Source of the DNA: a bacterium Ga0077546
GTDB taxonomy: Bacteria > Cyanobacteriota > Vampirovibrionia > Obscuribacterales > Obscuribacteraceae
NCBI GenBank assembly: GCA_943370275.1
Contig: CALRQI020000005.1
Span: 1,541 to 65,540, forward strand
DNA: 64,000 nucleotides
Direction of reading: 5' to 3'
Shown here: positions 54,182-63,572 of the stretch, piece after piece
Position numbering within the stretch: position 1 is the first letter of the stretch
Layout: the number at the start of each line of letters is the position of its first letter
Program-made: the position numbers and the translations under genes
The notes under the pieces: model-generated
The model's input: the letters and a program-made list of their open reading frames with translations, nothing else
Told to the model about the DNA's origin: nothing
Database searches by the model: none

Positions 54182-55259
54182 AAAACTCCAAGGCGCAGAC
54201 AACGACACAAGCCAGCCGAGCATAGGTTTCTTTGAGCGCTGGCTCACAGTCTGGGTTTTTCTCTGCATTGGTGCAGGGATAACCCTGGGGCAATTAATGC
54301 CAGGGCCAATGAGGTTAATCGGCTCACTTGAGATCGCCAGAGTAAACATACCTGTTGGTCTCTTAATCTGGCTCATGATTGTGCCTATGCTTTTAAAGAT
54401 TGACTTTGGCTCCCTTGGGCAGGTCAAAAGTCACTGGAAAGGCATAGCAGTGACCCTTTTCATTAACTGGGCGGTGAAACCATTTTCGATGGCCTTGCTT
54501 GCCTATATATTTATTCGTGTAATTTTCGCCCCATACCTTCCCCCTGCACAGATTGACAGCTATGTCGCCGGACTAATCCTACTGGCGGCAGCACCATGCA
54601 CAGCCATGGTCTTTGTCTGGAGCCAGCTGACAAAGGGTGATCCCTACTTCACTCTTTCGCAAGTAGCAGTGAACGATCTGATCATGATATTTGCCTTCGC
54701 ACCAATTGTCGGTCTGCTGCTCGGCCTATCCTCAATAACCGTTCCCTGGGACACCTTGCTGATCTCGGTTGGTCTGTACATTGTCATACCAGTGCTGCTT
54801 GCCCAAGCGTGGCGAAGCATATTGCTAAAGCAAGGGCAGGAAAGCTTTGACAAGACTCTTGAAATGCTGCACCCGCTTTCACTTGCGGCGCTACTCACTA
54901 CCCTAATTTTGCTCTTTGCCTTTCAAGGCGAAGCGATTCTCAAGCAGCCACTTGTAATAGCAATGCTGGCAGTGCCGATTTTGATTCAAGTCTTTCTCAA
55001 CTCCACTTTTGCCTACTTACTGAACAAGCATTTCGGAGTTGCTCACTGTGTCGCCGGCCCCTCGGCCCTAATCGGAGCGAGCAACTTCTTTGAACTAGCG
55101 GTGGCTACTGCCATCAGCCTATTTGGCTTCAATTCAGGGGCAGCGCTCGCCACCGTAGTTGGTGTATTAATTGAAGTGCCAGTAATGCTTGCCGTTGTCA
55201 AAATCGTCAACAGCAGCAAAAGCTGGTACGAAAAAGGCCTTCCAGAAAATCAAAGTTAA
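54165..55259 (+). CDS. acr3: Arsenite efflux permease, ACR3 family
   Basis: 364 aa with about 10 TM. The ERWLTVWVF...AAAPCTAMVFVW motif is typical of Acr3. Confidence 0.93.
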   Translation: MPMSAKKLQGADNDTSQPSIGFFERWLTVWVFLCIGAGITLGQLMPGPMRLIGSLEIARVNIPVGLLIWLMIVPMLLKIDFGSLGQVKSHWKGIAVTLFINWAVKPFSMALLAYIFIRVIFAPYLPPAQIDSYVAGLILLAAAPCTAMVFVWSQLTKGDPYFTLSQVAVNDLIMIFAFAPIVGLLLGLSSITVPWDTLLISVGLYIVIPVLLAQAWRSILLKQGQESFDKTLEMLHPLSLAALLTTLILLFAFQGEAILKQPLVIAMLAVPILIQVFLNSTFAYLLNKHFGVAHCVAGPSALIGASNFFELAVATAISLFGFNSGAALATVVGVLIEVPVMLAVVKIVNSSKSWYEKGLPENQS

Positions 55260-55326
55260 ATACTTGCAAGCAAGGAACAGAGACTAAACTCAAGAGTCTT
55301 TCCAATACAGCGACAGGAGCAAAGCC

Positions 55327-55791
55327 ATGAAAATTCAAGTATTCGACCCACCAATGTGCTGCTCAACAGGAATTTGCGGACCAGGCGTAGACCCAGCTCT
55401 AGTAAATTTCACCGCCGATCTCGACTGGCTCAAACGCCAGGGCATTGAAGTGGAACGCTACAATCTCTCGCAGCAAACCCAGGCTTTTGTAAGCAATGCA
55501 ACCGTGGCCGCGGCCCTGAAGAAAGACGGTAATGAGTGCCTACCACTTATTCTTGTTGACGGTAAAATCGCAGCCCAGGGCGTATACCTAACAAGAGAAA
55601 AGCTAGCAGAGCTTACTAATTTAGAATACTCAGCCAGCGAAACCCCAAAACAAACGAACAGTGGCCTGAAATTTACTGTTCAGCAGGCCCAGCCTACCGC
55701 TTCAGAAGCTACAAAAACCTCAGCCCCTTCAGGGTGCTGTAGCTCACCTGTCGAGAAGGAAGAAGCAGACAAGAAGTCGACCTGTTGCTAA
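55327..55791 (+). CDS. arsD: Arsenical resistance operon metallochaperone/repressor ArsD
   Basis: MKIQVFDPPMCCSTGICGP N-terminus. Confidence 0.93.
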   Translation: MKIQVFDPPMCCSTGICGPGVDPALVNFTADLDWLKRQGIEVERYNLSQQTQAFVSNATVAAALKKDGNECLPLILVDGKIAAQGVYLTREKLAELTNLEYSASETPKQTNSGLKFTVQQAQPTASEATKTSAPSGCCSSPVEKEEADKKSTCC

Positions 55792-55805
55792 TTAAAGGAG
55801 CGGCC

Positions 55806-57578
55806 ATGAACCTGGTTGAACAAGCCACTAAATATATGTTCTTCACCGGCAAGGGCGGGGTTGGTAAAACTTCGGTATCATGCGCTGTGGCCATCGCCCT
55901 GGCAGACAAAGGCAAGAGAGTTCTGCTAGTCAGCACCGACCCAGCCTCAAACCTTGATGAAGTACTTCACGTCACTCTCAGCGGCTCGCCCACTGCTGTG
56001 CCTGACGTGCATGGCCTCGACGCTCTCAACATCGACCCCGAAGCAGCGGCCTGCGAATACCGCAATAGATTGATAGAACCATATCGCGGCCTCCTACCCG
56101 AGGCTAGCCTAAAGAGTATGGAAGAGCAGCTCTCTGGCTCATGCACCACCGAAATCGCTGCCTTCGACGAATTTGCCAAATTGCTTGGTGATGAAGAAAA
56201 AACAGCCAACTACAACCACGTTATTTTCGATACCGCCCCAACCGGCCATACAATGCGTCTGCTCTCCCTACCAAAATCATGGTCAAGCTTCATTGAGAGT
56301 AATACCACTGGCACCTCTTGCCTTGGCCCACTAGCCGGACTGCAACAACAAGAAAATATATATGCTTCCTCAGTGAGCACACTGATGGATGCCACCCGTA
56401 CAACTCTTGTACTGGTGGCTCGCCCTGAACAATCAGCCTTAAGAGAAGCAGCCAATACAAGCAGAGAACTGCGTGCCATTGGAGTTGCCAATCAATGTCT
56501 TATCCTCAATGGTATTTTGAAGAACGATACTACTGGCGATGCCATAGCCTCAGCGTTCTCTAAGCGTGAGCAAACAGCACGAACCTCAATGCCAGCGGAA
56601 TTATCCGAACTGCCCCGCCAGGAGATATTACTGAGCGCCAAGGCCCTGCTTGGCGTTGCCGCACTAAGAAATATGTTTCAGGGCACAGCAGCGACGACTA
56701 GTCAATGCGCAGACTCTGCTGCAACGACCCAACTTCCACCGCCACTTTTGAGTGTTGTCAATGAACTAGAAACATCCGGGAAAGGCGTCATCATGACCAT
56801 GGGCAAAGGTGGTGTTGGCAAAACCAGCATCGCTGCAGCTATAGCTGTAGAGCTTGCCAAAAGAGGCCACGCCGTGCGCCTAAGCACCACAGATCCAGCC
56901 GCTCATTTGTTATGGGTGGTAGAAAATCCAGTGCCGAACTTGACCATTAGTCGCATTGATCCTGCCGCCGAAACTAAGTCTTACCAAAGAGAAGTAATGG
57001 CAAGTGCTGGCGAAAATCTCGACGAGCAAGGTCGAGCACTACTAGACGAAGATTTGCGCTCACCCTGCACCGAAGAAGTAGCTGTTTTCAGAAGCTTCGC
57101 CAATATTGTGGCTGAAGGGCAAGACGGTTTCGTGGTACTCGATACCGCCCCAACAGGGCACACAATTTTGCTACTAGATGCAGCCCAGGCCTATCACAAA
57201 GAAGTCTTGCGCCAATCTAGCAATATGCCAGACGCTGTCATAAATCTACTGCCCCGACTACGGGACCCTGATTTTACTCGGATACTACTTATCACCTTGC
57301 CAGAAGCGACTCCCGTGCATGAGGCTAAACACTTGCAAGAAGACCTGGCTAGAGCCGATATACATCCATTTGCCTGGATTATCAATCAATCGCTATCGGC
57401 AGCGCAAACAACTAACCCGGTCTTGCAAGCCCGCCGTGACAACGAACGAGAATACATTGCCGAAGTTGAGCAGCTAAGCAAACGGGTCGCCGTGGTGCCA
57501 TGGCTAGCTGAGCCACCTAGCGATACGTCTGGACTAGAAAAAATGCTAGGCAGCGCGCCCCAGGCTCTAATTCGATAG
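55806..57578 (+). CDS. arsA: Arsenite-transporting ATPase ArsA (two-domain)
   Basis: Two GKGGVGKTS P-loops and two DTAPTGHT signature motifs. The ATG at 55806 follows an AAGGAG RBS. Confidence 0.96.
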   Translation: MNLVEQATKYMFFTGKGGVGKTSVSCAVAIALADKGKRVLLVSTDPASNLDEVLHVTLSGSPTAVPDVHGLDALNIDPEAAACEYRNRLIEPYRGLLPEASLKSMEEQLSGSCTTEIAAFDEFAKLLGDEEKTANYNHVIFDTAPTGHTMRLLSLPKSWSSFIESNTTGTSCLGPLAGLQQQENIYASSVSTLMDATRTTLVLVARPEQSALREAANTSRELRAIGVANQCLILNGILKNDTTGDAIASAFSKREQTARTSMPAELSELPRQEILLSAKALLGVAALRNMFQGTAATTSQCADSAATTQLPPPLLSVVNELETSGKGVIMTMGKGGVGKTSIAAAIAVELAKRGHAVRLSTTDPAAHLLWVVENPVPNLTISRIDPAAETKSYQREVMASAGENLDEQGRALLDEDLRSPCTEEVAVFRSFANIVAEGQDGFVVLDTAPTGHTILLLDAAQAYHKEVLRQSSNMPDAVINLLPRLRDPDFTRILLITLPEATPVHEAKHLQEDLARADIHPFAWIINQSLSAAQTTNPVLQARRDNEREYIAEVEQLSKRVAVVPWLAEPPSDTSGLEKMLGSAPQALIR

Positions 57579-57606
57579 CTTCCAAGAAAGGAAAAGGCTG
57601 ATCAAT

Positions 57607-58731
57607 CTACCAGTTGTTGTTGGCTAACTTCTTCAAACGCAGCAAACGATGGGCCTCAGGAGCGGACAGAGACTGTTCGTTGACCACAGTTATCAGAGTG
57701 GCTGACCGACGTGAAGAGTGGTCGGCCCTGAGCCAAGCAAGCATTTTCTCTAATAAGGCTGGTGAAAAATTTCCTTCCTCAAGCAGAATATGCTCGCCTT
57801 TAGCATCAATCAGAAACTCTTTACTTCTAGCAGGAATATCACCGAACAGTTCAGCTACGGCCTTTGGCGAGACTAGATGGTCACCGAGCCCCTGAATCAC
57901 CAGCACCGGCATCTCAAGTTTTCGTGCATACCTATCTGTCTTTGAAACAAAACTCACGAAGTCAAAAGCTTCTTTGCGTGAAAGTTTCATTTTGTGAGAC
58001 TGACCAGTTAGCCAGTGCTCTGCTAGCTCATGGTCGCTGGTAGCTTGATTAATCACACCGCGTGAAGCAATACCAGGGCGATGGCTGCGAAAGATATAGA
58101 GCTCAAAGACACCTTTGACAGCAGTGCTTTTTATCTTTAGCAACTTCCAAGCAGGAGCAGAACAAACCACCCCGTCAACGAGATCGGCATTCTCTGCAGC
58201 AGCTCTTATTGCCAGAGCCCCGCCCATAGACTCCCCAACTAAAAACACTTTGTAGTCAGGATATTGTTTGTGAATGTCGACCAACAACTTGCCGATATCA
58301 CCAACGGTATCAATACAATTTAACTTTGCCAGTTCCGCCTTATCTCTATCAGGTCCAAAACCGCGAACGTTTATGCTATAGCCATCAATTCCCGTGTCTG
58401 AAAATTGTTTCGCCAAGGATTTATAGGCCATGGCGCAAAGACCTAGACCATGAATGCATACCACCACAATCTTTGCTGGTGTCTTACTTTTCCATTCAAG
58501 AATATGGCTATTGCCTACAACTACACAGGCTGGCTCGGCAAGACAAGGTGAACCGATGTCACAAGTGTCGGCAGCCTGCACAGGCCTAATAAACAAACTA
58601 AGTTCAGCCGTCTGCGCAAAAATCGCAATTAGAGCGCAGACAGCTAGCCCGCGACTAAACTTAGTCGACTTTACTCGCCTGCTTGCCGCTACCAGAGTTT
58701 GACTCAATTGATTCTTGCTGCACAAATTCAT
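57607..58731 (-). CDS. Secreted alpha/beta hydrolase (lysophospholipase/monoacylglycerol-lipase-like)
   Basis: HGLG oxyanion region and the GESMGG nucleophile elbow, with a signal-like N-terminus. Confidence 0.85.
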   Translation of the reverse strand: MNLCSKNQLSQTLVAASRRVKSTKFSRGLAVCALIAIFAQTAELSLFIRPVQAADTCDIGSPCLAEPACVVVGNSHILEWKSKTPAKIVVVCIHGLGLCAMAYKSLAKQFSDTGIDGYSINVRGFGPDRDKAELAKLNCIDTVGDIGKLLVDIHKQYPDYKVFLVGESMGGALAIRAAAENADLVDGVVCSAPAWKLLKIKSTAVKGVFELYIFRSHRPGIASRGVINQATSDHELAEHWLTGQSHKMKLSRKEAFDFVSFVSKTDRYARKLEMPVLVIQGLGDHLVSPKAVAELFGDIPARSKEFLIDAKGEHILLEEGNFSPALLEKMLAWLRADHSSRRSATLITVVNEQSLSAPEAHRLLRLKKLANNNW

Positions 58732-58789
58732 CTTGCTTTGGTTCTGCTGTTTTTGTCTTGGGCTGCTCGACCGAGCAGCTGCGGGACAT

Positions 58790-58879
58790 TCAGGTAGGGA
58801 TGCCTAGTTTCGGCAATATATAAAGCTGCAAGGCGAAGTACAAGAGTACGAAGCCCACCATCCAAATCATGTTTTCCAT
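58790..58879 (-). CDS. Candidate 29-aa hydrophobic micro-protein
   Basis: ATG preceded by an AGGACGG RBS-like sequence. It encodes MENMIWMVGFVLLYFALQLYILPKLGIPT, between the CoADR-rhodanese and hydrolase genes. It is below the ORF-track length cutoff. Confidence 0.3.
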   Translation of the reverse strand: MENMIWMVGFVLLYFALQLYILPKLGIPT

Positions 58880-58975
58880 TGCTTGCCGTCCTTTATTGGG
58901 CATATTCGTTGCCTTAATCATATTCTATTCTTCCAGTCTAATTTCTTAGTCGAGTGATTGATATTCAACAGCCTT

Positions 58976-60760
58976 TCAACTGACTAGAGCTGCCGCTACT
59001 TGCTCTTGCCAAATGGCATGCTTGCCAGCGCTGTTGTGCATGGAACTCCAAGTTAGATATCCACCAGACAGATTCTTCACCCTGAAACCATTTTGCTTCA
59101 ATAAGCAGGCGGCATTATAAGAGCGCTGTCCACTTTGACAATAAGTGATAATTTGTTTCTCTGCTGGTATTTCAGAAATTCGCAGTCTCAAATCAGGCAG
59201 CGGAATATGGATACTTCCAGGGATGAAGCCGTGCTCTCGCTCGCCCTTGCTACGCACATCAATGATGCAGTAACCGGCTCGGCCCAACTCATCGATTTGA
59301 TGCCATTGCACCTGCTCACTGAAACCATCTAAAACATTAGTACCAGTCATGCCCGCCAAATTTATGGCATCCTTGGCTGAACCAAATGGTGGTGCGTAGG
59401 CTAACTCCAACTCTGCCAGGTCACGGATGCTCAGCCCCGCCTTCATCGCGGTGGCGAGAACGTCGATGCGCTTGTCTACGCCTTCTTGTCCAACAATCTG
59501 AGCCCCAAGCAAGCGGCCGGTTTCTTTATGGAAAAGAACTTTGATATTGAGGCGCTCGGCGCCAGGGTAGTAGCCCGCATGTTGAGTAGGATGAACATGG
59601 ACAGCATCATAAACGATGTTGCTGAGCTTCAACTGCATCTCATTGAGACCAACGGATGCGACTGTTAAATCGAATACGCGCAAAATAGCCGTACCTAAAG
59701 TACCTTTATATTTTTCATTGGCGCCCAGAATATTGTCTGCCACAATGCGACCCTGGCGATTGGCGGGACCACCTAAAGCAATCATTGTATAGGAGCCACT
59801 GACTGGGTTACGCACTTCAATCGCATCACCGACGGCCCAAATATTAGCCACACTCGTCCGTAAATTTTCATCCACCCGAATGCCACCACGCTCACCAATG
59901 GTTACTCCAGCATTGCGCGCAAGAGCTACTTCTGGTCGAATTCCCAGCCCGAGAATGACAATATCGGCATGAATTGGCTTGTGCTGACCAGCTAAGACCC
60001 AGCACGATTTTGGGGTGTGCTCAGCAGCAATTGCGGCACTTTTCTCAGTAGATTCGCCTTCGGTAGCTTGGGCACCGGGAGCAAGGAAACCATTGATCGC
60101 CTGGCCAAGGATAATTTTCACACCTTGCTTGGCTAACTCTTTGTGCACAAGCTCTGCCATTTCAATATCAAGTGGTGCTAAGACCTGATCTTTACTATCG
60201 ACTAGCGTCACATCAAGACCACGGCGTACAAGCTGCTCAGCCATTTCCAGGCCAATGAAACCACCACCAGCGACTACGGCAGTGCGCGGATTGTGAGCCT
60301 CAAACCATGCTTGGATAGACTCCACATCCTCAATGTTGCGCAGAGCAACGAGCCCAGGAAAATCAATTCCTGGCACAGTTGGTTTAATGGCAGCAGCACC
60401 CATAGCCAAAACTAGGTGATCATAACTTTCTTGGTAAGTCGTCTCGCCTAGTCTATCTTTGACTGTAACTAGCTTCGCCTCGGCATCAATAGAGACAACC
60501 TCTTGGTTGATGCGAATATCGAGATTGAGCTTCTTCTTCAACCCTTCGGGTGTGGCCACCAGTAGCTGATCTTGGGACTCGATTTCTCCGCCGACAAAGT
60601 ATGGTAACCCGCAATTGGCGTAGGAGACAAAACCACTACGTTCAAAAACGATGATCTCAGAACCTTCGGAAAGGCGCCGGGCGCGAGCGGCTGCACTCAT
60701 TCCGCCAGCCACACCGCCGACAATTACAATCTTATGGGCCTTAACTGACGACACTTTCAT
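58976..60760 (-). CDS. CoA-disulfide reductase / NADH-dependent persulfide reductase with a C-terminal rhodanese domain
   Basis: IVIVGGVAGG FAD motif, redox Cys in SYANCGLPY and the rhodanese active loop YCQSGQRS. The ATG at 60760 follows a TAGGAGGG RBS. Confidence 0.92.
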   Translation of the reverse strand: MKVSSVKAHKIVIVGGVAGGMSAAARARRLSEGSEIIVFERSGFVSYANCGLPYFVGGEIESQDQLLVATPEGLKKKLNLDIRINQEVVSIDAEAKLVTVKDRLGETTYQESYDHLVLAMGAAAIKPTVPGIDFPGLVALRNIEDVESIQAWFEAHNPRTAVVAGGGFIGLEMAEQLVRRGLDVTLVDSKDQVLAPLDIEMAELVHKELAKQGVKIILGQAINGFLAPGAQATEGESTEKSAAIAAEHTPKSCWVLAGQHKPIHADIVILGLGIRPEVALARNAGVTIGERGGIRVDENLRTSVANIWAVGDAIEVRNPVSGSYTMIALGGPANRQGRIVADNILGANEKYKGTLGTAILRVFDLTVASVGLNEMQLKLSNIVYDAVHVHPTQHAGYYPGAERLNIKVLFHKETGRLLGAQIVGQEGVDKRIDVLATAMKAGLSIRDLAELELAYAPPFGSAKDAINLAGMTGTNVLDGFSEQVQWHQIDELGRAGYCIIDVRSKGEREHGFIPGSIHIPLPDLRLRISEIPAEKQIITYCQSGQRSYNAACLLKQNGFRVKNLSGGYLTWSSMHNSAGKHAIWQEQVAAALVS

Positions 60761-60888
60761 GATCCCTCCTAAGCGTGTGTTCTCCTGCACGACCGCTGGT
60801 TACTCATTGAGTTCCATGTAATTGCCGTACAGAGATAATCTGCAATCTATATAAATTTTCTACGGCCTCGGCCTGAGCCAAGCCGAAT

Positions 60889-61497
60889 CTAGCTACAGCA
60901 ACCACCCTTGGACTTGGGTTCTCCACCTTTAGCCTGTGGTTGGTCGCATTTAGCTGGAGCGACACTAATCGGCAACTGGTTCCAAGGCGCTTTCATCAAT
61001 AGAAGGCCAAGAGCACAGGTGCCGGAAAGGCCGGCAAAAGTAAGCCCGGCGCCAAAGAACCCAGGAATAACGAGAAACCAGGGATTGACCAGAACCCCAA
61101 GAAGCACCCCGGTCAATACTCCAACGCCAACCACTAACTGAATCTGACGCTCAATTGGCAGCATTTTCTTGCCTTCCTTGACCGGCAAGCCAGCTTTGCG
61201 CCAGGCAACCATGCCGCCCTCAAGAACCTGAGGCTGAAAACCTTGACCCATTAGAGCGTATGCACCGCGCTCGGCGCGCTTGCCCGATCTACATATAACA
61301 ACCAGCTGGCCCTTTCGCGGCACTTCCTCAAAACGAGCCTCAAGCTCATTCAAGGGCACATTTATGGAGTTGGCAATGTGTTCGGTTTCGAACTCGATTG
61401 GGCTGCGCACATCTAGCAGAACCGAATCTGCCACTTTCGCAGCCAGTTCGGCGCAGGCCACTTGCTGACAGGTTGCGGTATTTGACAGTTCTGACAT
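60889..61497 (-). CDS. Rhodanese domain + DUF2892 (YgaP-like) membrane protein
   Basis: Rhodanese loop VVICRSGKRA, C-terminal two-TM region with GLSGTCALG, and a Cys-rich end KGGCCS. Confidence 0.88.
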   Translation of the reverse strand: MSELSNTATCQQVACAELAAKVADSVLLDVRSPIEFETEHIANSINVPLNELEARFEEVPRKGQLVVICRSGKRAERGAYALMGQGFQPQVLEGGMVAWRKAGLPVKEGKKMLPIERQIQLVVGVGVLTGVLLGVLVNPWFLVIPGFFGAGLTFAGLSGTCALGLLLMKAPWNQLPISVAPAKCDQPQAKGGEPKSKGGCCS

Positions 61498-61540
61498 ATA
61501 TAAGCCCTCTTGCTAATAAATCTCGTGCAGTAAAAATACT

Positions 61541-61560
61541 ATATCACCAATTGGTTATAT
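61541..61560. promoter_or_regulatory. 20-bp near-perfect palindrome in the divergent promoter (candidate operator of the ArsR-family regulator)
   Basis: ATATCACCAA|TTGGTTATAT (1 mismatch), midway between the divergent starts at 61497 and 61638. Confidence 0.45.
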
Positions 61561-61637
61561 GGCGAATCACTCTTAAGGTTGATTGCTCAATTAACCATAC
61601 GGTTGTAAACTGGAAATAATTACCAGGGTTTCTCATC

Positions 61638-61976
61638 GTGAAAGACAAGAACAAACTTCTATCAAGGCCAGCACTAGAAATAGTCGCGGCTCGCTTTCGT
61701 GCCCTTTCCGACGCCTCTAGATTGCAAATACTGCAACATCTATTTAATGGTGAACAATCGGTGCAAGCCCTTTGCGAACTGAGTGGCATGAGCCAGGCCA
61801 ATGTTAGCAAGCACCTCTCAGTGCTAGCAGAGCAGGGCATAGTGCAAAAGCGTAGGCAAGGTCTTTTTGTTTATTACAGCATTGGAGACGAGACCATTTA
61901 TCAGCTGTGCGATATCGTATGCGGTGCCGTTGGTAAGCGCTACGGCCAAGTGATGATGGAATTTGCAGAGCACTAA
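61638..61976 (+). CDS. ArsR/SmtB-family transcriptional regulator (possible thiol/persulfide sensor)
   Basis: FRALSDASRLQILQHL...QANVSKHLSVLAEQGIVQKRRQGLFVYY HTH, with three Cys (ALCEL, QLCDIVC). GTG start. Confidence 0.88.
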   Translation: MKDKNKLLSRPALEIVAARFRALSDASRLQILQHLFNGEQSVQALCELSGMSQANVSKHLSVLAEQGIVQKRRQGLFVYYSIGDETIYQLCDIVCGAVGKRYGQVMMEFAEH

Positions 61977-63556
61977 CGTTGGCCCTTATCCGCTGGCACC
62001 TTAGTGCGCAGGTAGCTAATGGCGGCATTGATCTGGCCGTCTTTGATGGTGTTGTATAGCTGCGGTGTTGGATTATCCACTACCAGATTTGGCTGCAAGC
62101 CAATGCGCGAATCATGACCATCGCCGGGCCAAAAGCCTGATGGTGTGTAATATCTAAAGGTAGTTATCTTAGTGGCACCTTTCTCAAAGCGATCAGGAAA
62201 AACTGATTGGCCAATTCCTTTGCCAAAAGTCGGCGTGCCAACAACATACGCTCCATCAGAATCTTTCAGAGCGCCAGCAAGAATTTCTGCTGCCGACGCT
62301 GTGCCTTGATCGACTAGCACCACCACAGGCTTATGAACGCTGTCTGGATGCCGATCGAAGTATGGGAGGGGCTTTTGGTCATTGATAGTTTTGGTGATGC
62401 CATTTGGGCCGATGCGATAAACATCAGTTTCGTATAAAGGACGGGCTGGATCAGAATCCAATCGTGTCTTAATAGTAGCGACCTTGCCATCCTTCATGAA
62501 GACCGATGCTGAAGTAAAAGCCTGGTCAAGCAATCCGCCGCCGTTGTGCCGCAAATCAAGAATATAACCTTTAGCATCTGGGTTATCGATTATGGCCTGC
62601 TCTATCTGTGCTGAGGTATCGTCGGTCATAAAAGTGCGCACTTTAATATGAGCAAACTTGCCATCAACCATTTTACTGCTTACATTTGCTGGCTCTTCGT
62701 TAGTACGGGTAAGTACAACATCGCTAACCTTGCCATCGCGCAAAATGCGCAAATTTACCGGTGTACCGTCGGCTCCACCCAAGGCTCTAGCTCCATCGCG
62801 CCAGCTCTTGCCTTGCATGTCTTCGCCGTTAATTGCCAAAACCTGATCTCCAGGCTGCAATCCACGGCCTCGTGCAGCTGTGCCATCGAAACTTTGCACA
62901 ATAAGAGGGGGATTAATGCCGTTCTTATCGTCAGCTGCTGTGGGCATGACAAACTCCACGCCTACTCCGACGACCTCTCCTTTTTGAGCTTTCTGAAACT
63001 TGGCAAAGTCATCGGGAGTGATGTAGGTAGTGTAAGGATCTTTATCATCTACATCCAGGGCCAATTTCACGTACTTAATTGGGTCTTTACTGCGCTGAAT
63101 ATCACAGTTGTACTTAGTTTTCAGTTCATTCAAATCACCAAGTGTGGTCGGGTCAAAAATGCGGCGCGCCACGGCATCGATACGCCGTTCATATTCCGCC
63201 GAGGTTGGACAAGCTGCTGCAGCGCCTTCAGGCGGAGCTTTGGCACTACCCGGGGAAGCAACCGTTTTGCCCTGGTCTTGCTTAGATTGCCTTGATTGCT
63301 TCGCTTCATTATCTAAGGCAATGACATCGAGAAAACTCAGTGCCTGTTCAACGGGCCGCTGATTGGCTCTGTCGCCAGCTCTTTCAGCAGTGTTTGCGCT
63401 ATTTGAATCGCTGTTTGATTCTAAAGGCTGGCCTTGCATTAACGCCTCAACTTGCTCGTCTATAGATGACCACAATACGTTCCGCCAGGTAGTCAAGCAA
63501 TCGGGAAAATACGTAGTTACCCCCAGCATTTCGGGTAGGATGGCTGTATAGCCCAC
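61973..63556 (-). CDS. S41-family C-terminal processing peptidase with a PDZ domain
   Basis: PDZ block GLQPGDQVLAINGEDM, catalytic region VLVDQGTASAAEILAGAL and GTPTFGKG. I saw no obvious signal peptide at the annotated start. Confidence 0.9.
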   Translation of the reverse strand: MGYTAILPEMLGVTTYFPDCLTTWRNVLWSSIDEQVEALMQGQPLESNSDSNSANTAERAGDRANQRPVEQALSFLDVIALDNEAKQSRQSKQDQGKTVASPGSAKAPPEGAAAACPTSAEYERRIDAVARRIFDPTTLGDLNELKTKYNCDIQRSKDPIKYVKLALDVDDKDPYTTYITPDDFAKFQKAQKGEVVGVGVEFVMPTAADDKNGINPPLIVQSFDGTAARGRGLQPGDQVLAINGEDMQGKSWRDGARALGGADGTPVNLRILRDGKVSDVVLTRTNEEPANVSSKMVDGKFAHIKVRTFMTDDTSAQIEQAIIDNPDAKGYILDLRHNGGGLLDQAFTSASVFMKDGKVATIKTRLDSDPARPLYETDVYRIGPNGITKTINDQKPLPYFDRHPDSVHKPVVVLVDQGTASAAEILAGALKDSDGAYVVGTPTFGKGIGQSVFPDRFEKGATKITTFRYYTPSGFWPGDGHDSRIGLQPNLVVDNPTPQLYNTIKDGQINAAISYLRTKVPADKGQR

Positions 63557-63572
63557 TCAGTCGAAGATTTCA

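Noticed and set aside
62648-63295. 215-aa plus-strand ORF antisense to the S41 peptidase
   Set aside because: The peptidase frame has clear PDZ and Ser/Lys catalytic motifs. The antisense ORF has none and no RBS.
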